From: Pristiophorus japonicus | Taxonomy: Eukaryota | Length of the DNA stretch: 64,000 nt | Assembly: GCF_044704955.1 (NCBI RefSeq) | Contig: NC_091993.1 | Location: forward strand, 131,006,001 to 131,070,000 | Direction of reading: 5' to 3' | Part shown: in pieces, positions 62,132 to 64,000 of the stretch | Layout of the letters: each line of letters begins with the position of its first letter | Numbering within the stretch: position 1 is the first letter of the stretch | Position numbers and translations under genes: made by a program | The notes under the pieces: generated by a model | Databases searched by the model: none | What the model was told of the DNA's origin: nothing | Seen by the model: the letters and a program-made list of their open reading frames with translations, nothing else

Positions 62132-63210
62132 GACAACAACAACAACTTGTATTTATATAGCGCCTTTAACGTAGTGAAATGTCCCAAGGTGCTTCACAGG
62201 AGTATTATAAGATTTAAAAAACAATTGACACCGAGCTACTTAAGTAGAAATTAGGGCAGGTGACCAAAAGCTTGGTCAAAGAGGTAGGTTTTGAGGAGCG
62301 TCTTGAAGGAGGTAGAGAGGCGGAGAGGTTTAGGCAGGGAATTTCAGAGCTAAGGGCTGAGACAACAGAAGGCACGGCCGATGGTCGAGCGATTATAATC
62401 ATGGATGCTCAAGAGGGCAGAGTTAGAGGAGCATCGACATCTCGGGTAATTGTGGGGCTGAAGGGGATTACAAAGATGGGAGGGGCGAGGTCAAAGGGAT
62501 TAGAAAATAGGGATGAGAATATTCAACTTGAGGCGTTGCTTAACCAGAAGCCAAAGTAGGTCAGCAAGCACTGGGGTGATATGCAAATCTTCTGGGACGA
62601 TAGACGCACCAACGTCAGTGCTCTCGATCAGGCCAACATCTCCAGCATCAAAGCACTGACCACACTCGACCAGCTCCGTTGGGCGGGCCACATCGTCCAC
62701 ATGCCCGACATAAAACTCCCAAAACAAGCGTTCTATTCAGAACTCCTACACGGCAAGCGAGCTCCAGGTGGGCAGAGGAAACGTTTCAAGGACACCCTCA
62801 AAGATTCCTTGATAAAGTGCAACATCCCCACTGACACCTGGGAATCCCTGGCCAAAGACCACCCTAAGTGGAGGAAGAGCATCCAGGAGGGCACTGAGCA
62901 CCTCGAGTCTCGACGCCAAGAGCATGCAGAAAACAAGCGCAGACAGCGGAAGGAGCGTGCGGCAAATCAGACTCCCCACCCACCCTTTCCTTCAACCACT
63001 GTCTGTCCCACCTGTGACAGAGACTGTAATTCCCGTATTGGACTGTACAGTCACCTGAGAACTCACTTTTAAATTGGAAGCAAGTCTTCATCGATTTTGA
63101 GGGACTGCCTATGATGGGATGATGATGATGGGATAGGTGAGCGAGACTTGTTGCGAGTTAGGACACGGGCAGCCGGGTTTTGGATCATCTCTAGTTTACG
63201 TAAGGTGGAA
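62132..63210 (-). mobile_element. L2 3' fragment split by an RTE insertion
   Basis: (CAA)n tail at 62134; GGGGTGAT resumes as ...GGTGAGCGAGACTTG at about 63135. Confidence 0.82.
62581..63130 (+). mobile_element. RTE (BovB-like) LINE 3' fragment
   Basis: QLRWAGHIVHM, LPKQAFYSEL, GGQRKRFKDTLK, C-terminal C2H2 (CPTC...HLRTH); (GAT)n tail. Confidence 0.88.
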
Positions 63211-63491
63211 TCATAGAATCATAGAAATTTACAGCACGGAAGGAGGCCATTTCGGCTCATTGTGTCCGCACCAGCCAACCTGAAAGCTATCCAGCCTAAT
63301 CCCACTTTCCAGCTCTCGGTCCGTAGCCCTGTAGGTTACGGCACTTCAGGTGTGCATCCAAGTATTTTTTAATGTGGTGAGGGTTTCTGCCTCTACCACC
63401 CTTTCAGGCAGTGAGTTCCAGACCCTCACAACCCTCTGGGTGAAGACATTTCCCCTCCTGTCTCCTCTAAACCTTCCCCCAATTACTTTAA
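63211..63491 (-). mobile_element. CR1 3' fragment
   Basis: Reverse-complement homolog of 55430-55697. Confidence 0.85.
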
Positions 63492-64000
63492 GGGCTGGGT
63501 TTTCGGGTTTGGGGGTTTTTGGGCGAAAACACAAGCGATAAGTGAAAATTAACATTTTCACCGTGCTAATGATTTAAGGCCTAATTTTCGGCCTTTGTGT
63601 CTGGGGCACATCGCAAAGGGAGGCATTGCACAAGTGTTCTCAGCGCAAGAACGCGATCCTCGCCAACTTTGGTGCGGGGCCGGGAGCGCTGCGAGAGAGG
63701 CCTTGGGAGAGGAAAATAATTCCAAAAAACATTCCTAAAACATTTACAAGACCCTTAACTAATCGCTGCAAAAAATTAAAAAATAAAAAGTTTGTACTTT
63801 TTTTTTCAGGTTTTCTGACTTACTGCTGCCGTCAGGGCTGCACCCACAGGTTTGACCTGTCGCTATTCTGGGCTCGGGGGAAGGGGCGGGAGAGAGCAGA
63901 AACTCAATCACAAACGTTGGAGTCATTGCACGTTGGTGCACCTCTCCTCAGTGGTACTTGGAAGCGTCGCCGCAAACAGGTTCCCCAGGATCCCGCCCGG
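63492..64000. mobile_element. Probable second Harbinger-like MITE, runs off the window
   Basis: Interrupts CR1 after TAA; starts GGGCTGGGTTTTC, like GGGCTGGATTTTC at 44473; CpG-rich. Confidence 0.55.

Overview
Eukaryotic, repeat-rich vertebrate DNA. The CR1/L2/DeuSINE/Penelope repertoire points to a cartilaginous fish (inference). One clear host gene: RBM15 (822 aa ORF, minus strand, 38602-41070), with a CpG-island promoter at about 41.0-41.95 kb and a repeat-poor downstream region. A complete but decayed 7.6 kb endogenous retrovirus (1044-8628; LTR-gag-pro-pol-env-LTR) interrupts a CR1 LINE. It combines a tRNA-Ser PBS, class III-like RT motifs, class I-like tether/RNase H/Env and an A-AAA-AAC -1 frameshift signal at the gag-pro junction, and is the most unusual object in the window. 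Also present: a full-length Gypsy/Ty3 LTR element (57249-61723, 5-bp TSD); a full-length CR1 whose 5' end is ten tandem, mostly TATA-containing 60-mers; two L2 copies beside the RBM15 promoter in which the same internal 49/56-bp G-quadruplex-type segment is tandemly expanded; Harbinger-like MITEs; RTE fragments; and many nested LINE fragments. All family assignments come from remembered motifs, not database searches, and boundaries of old repeats are approximate.
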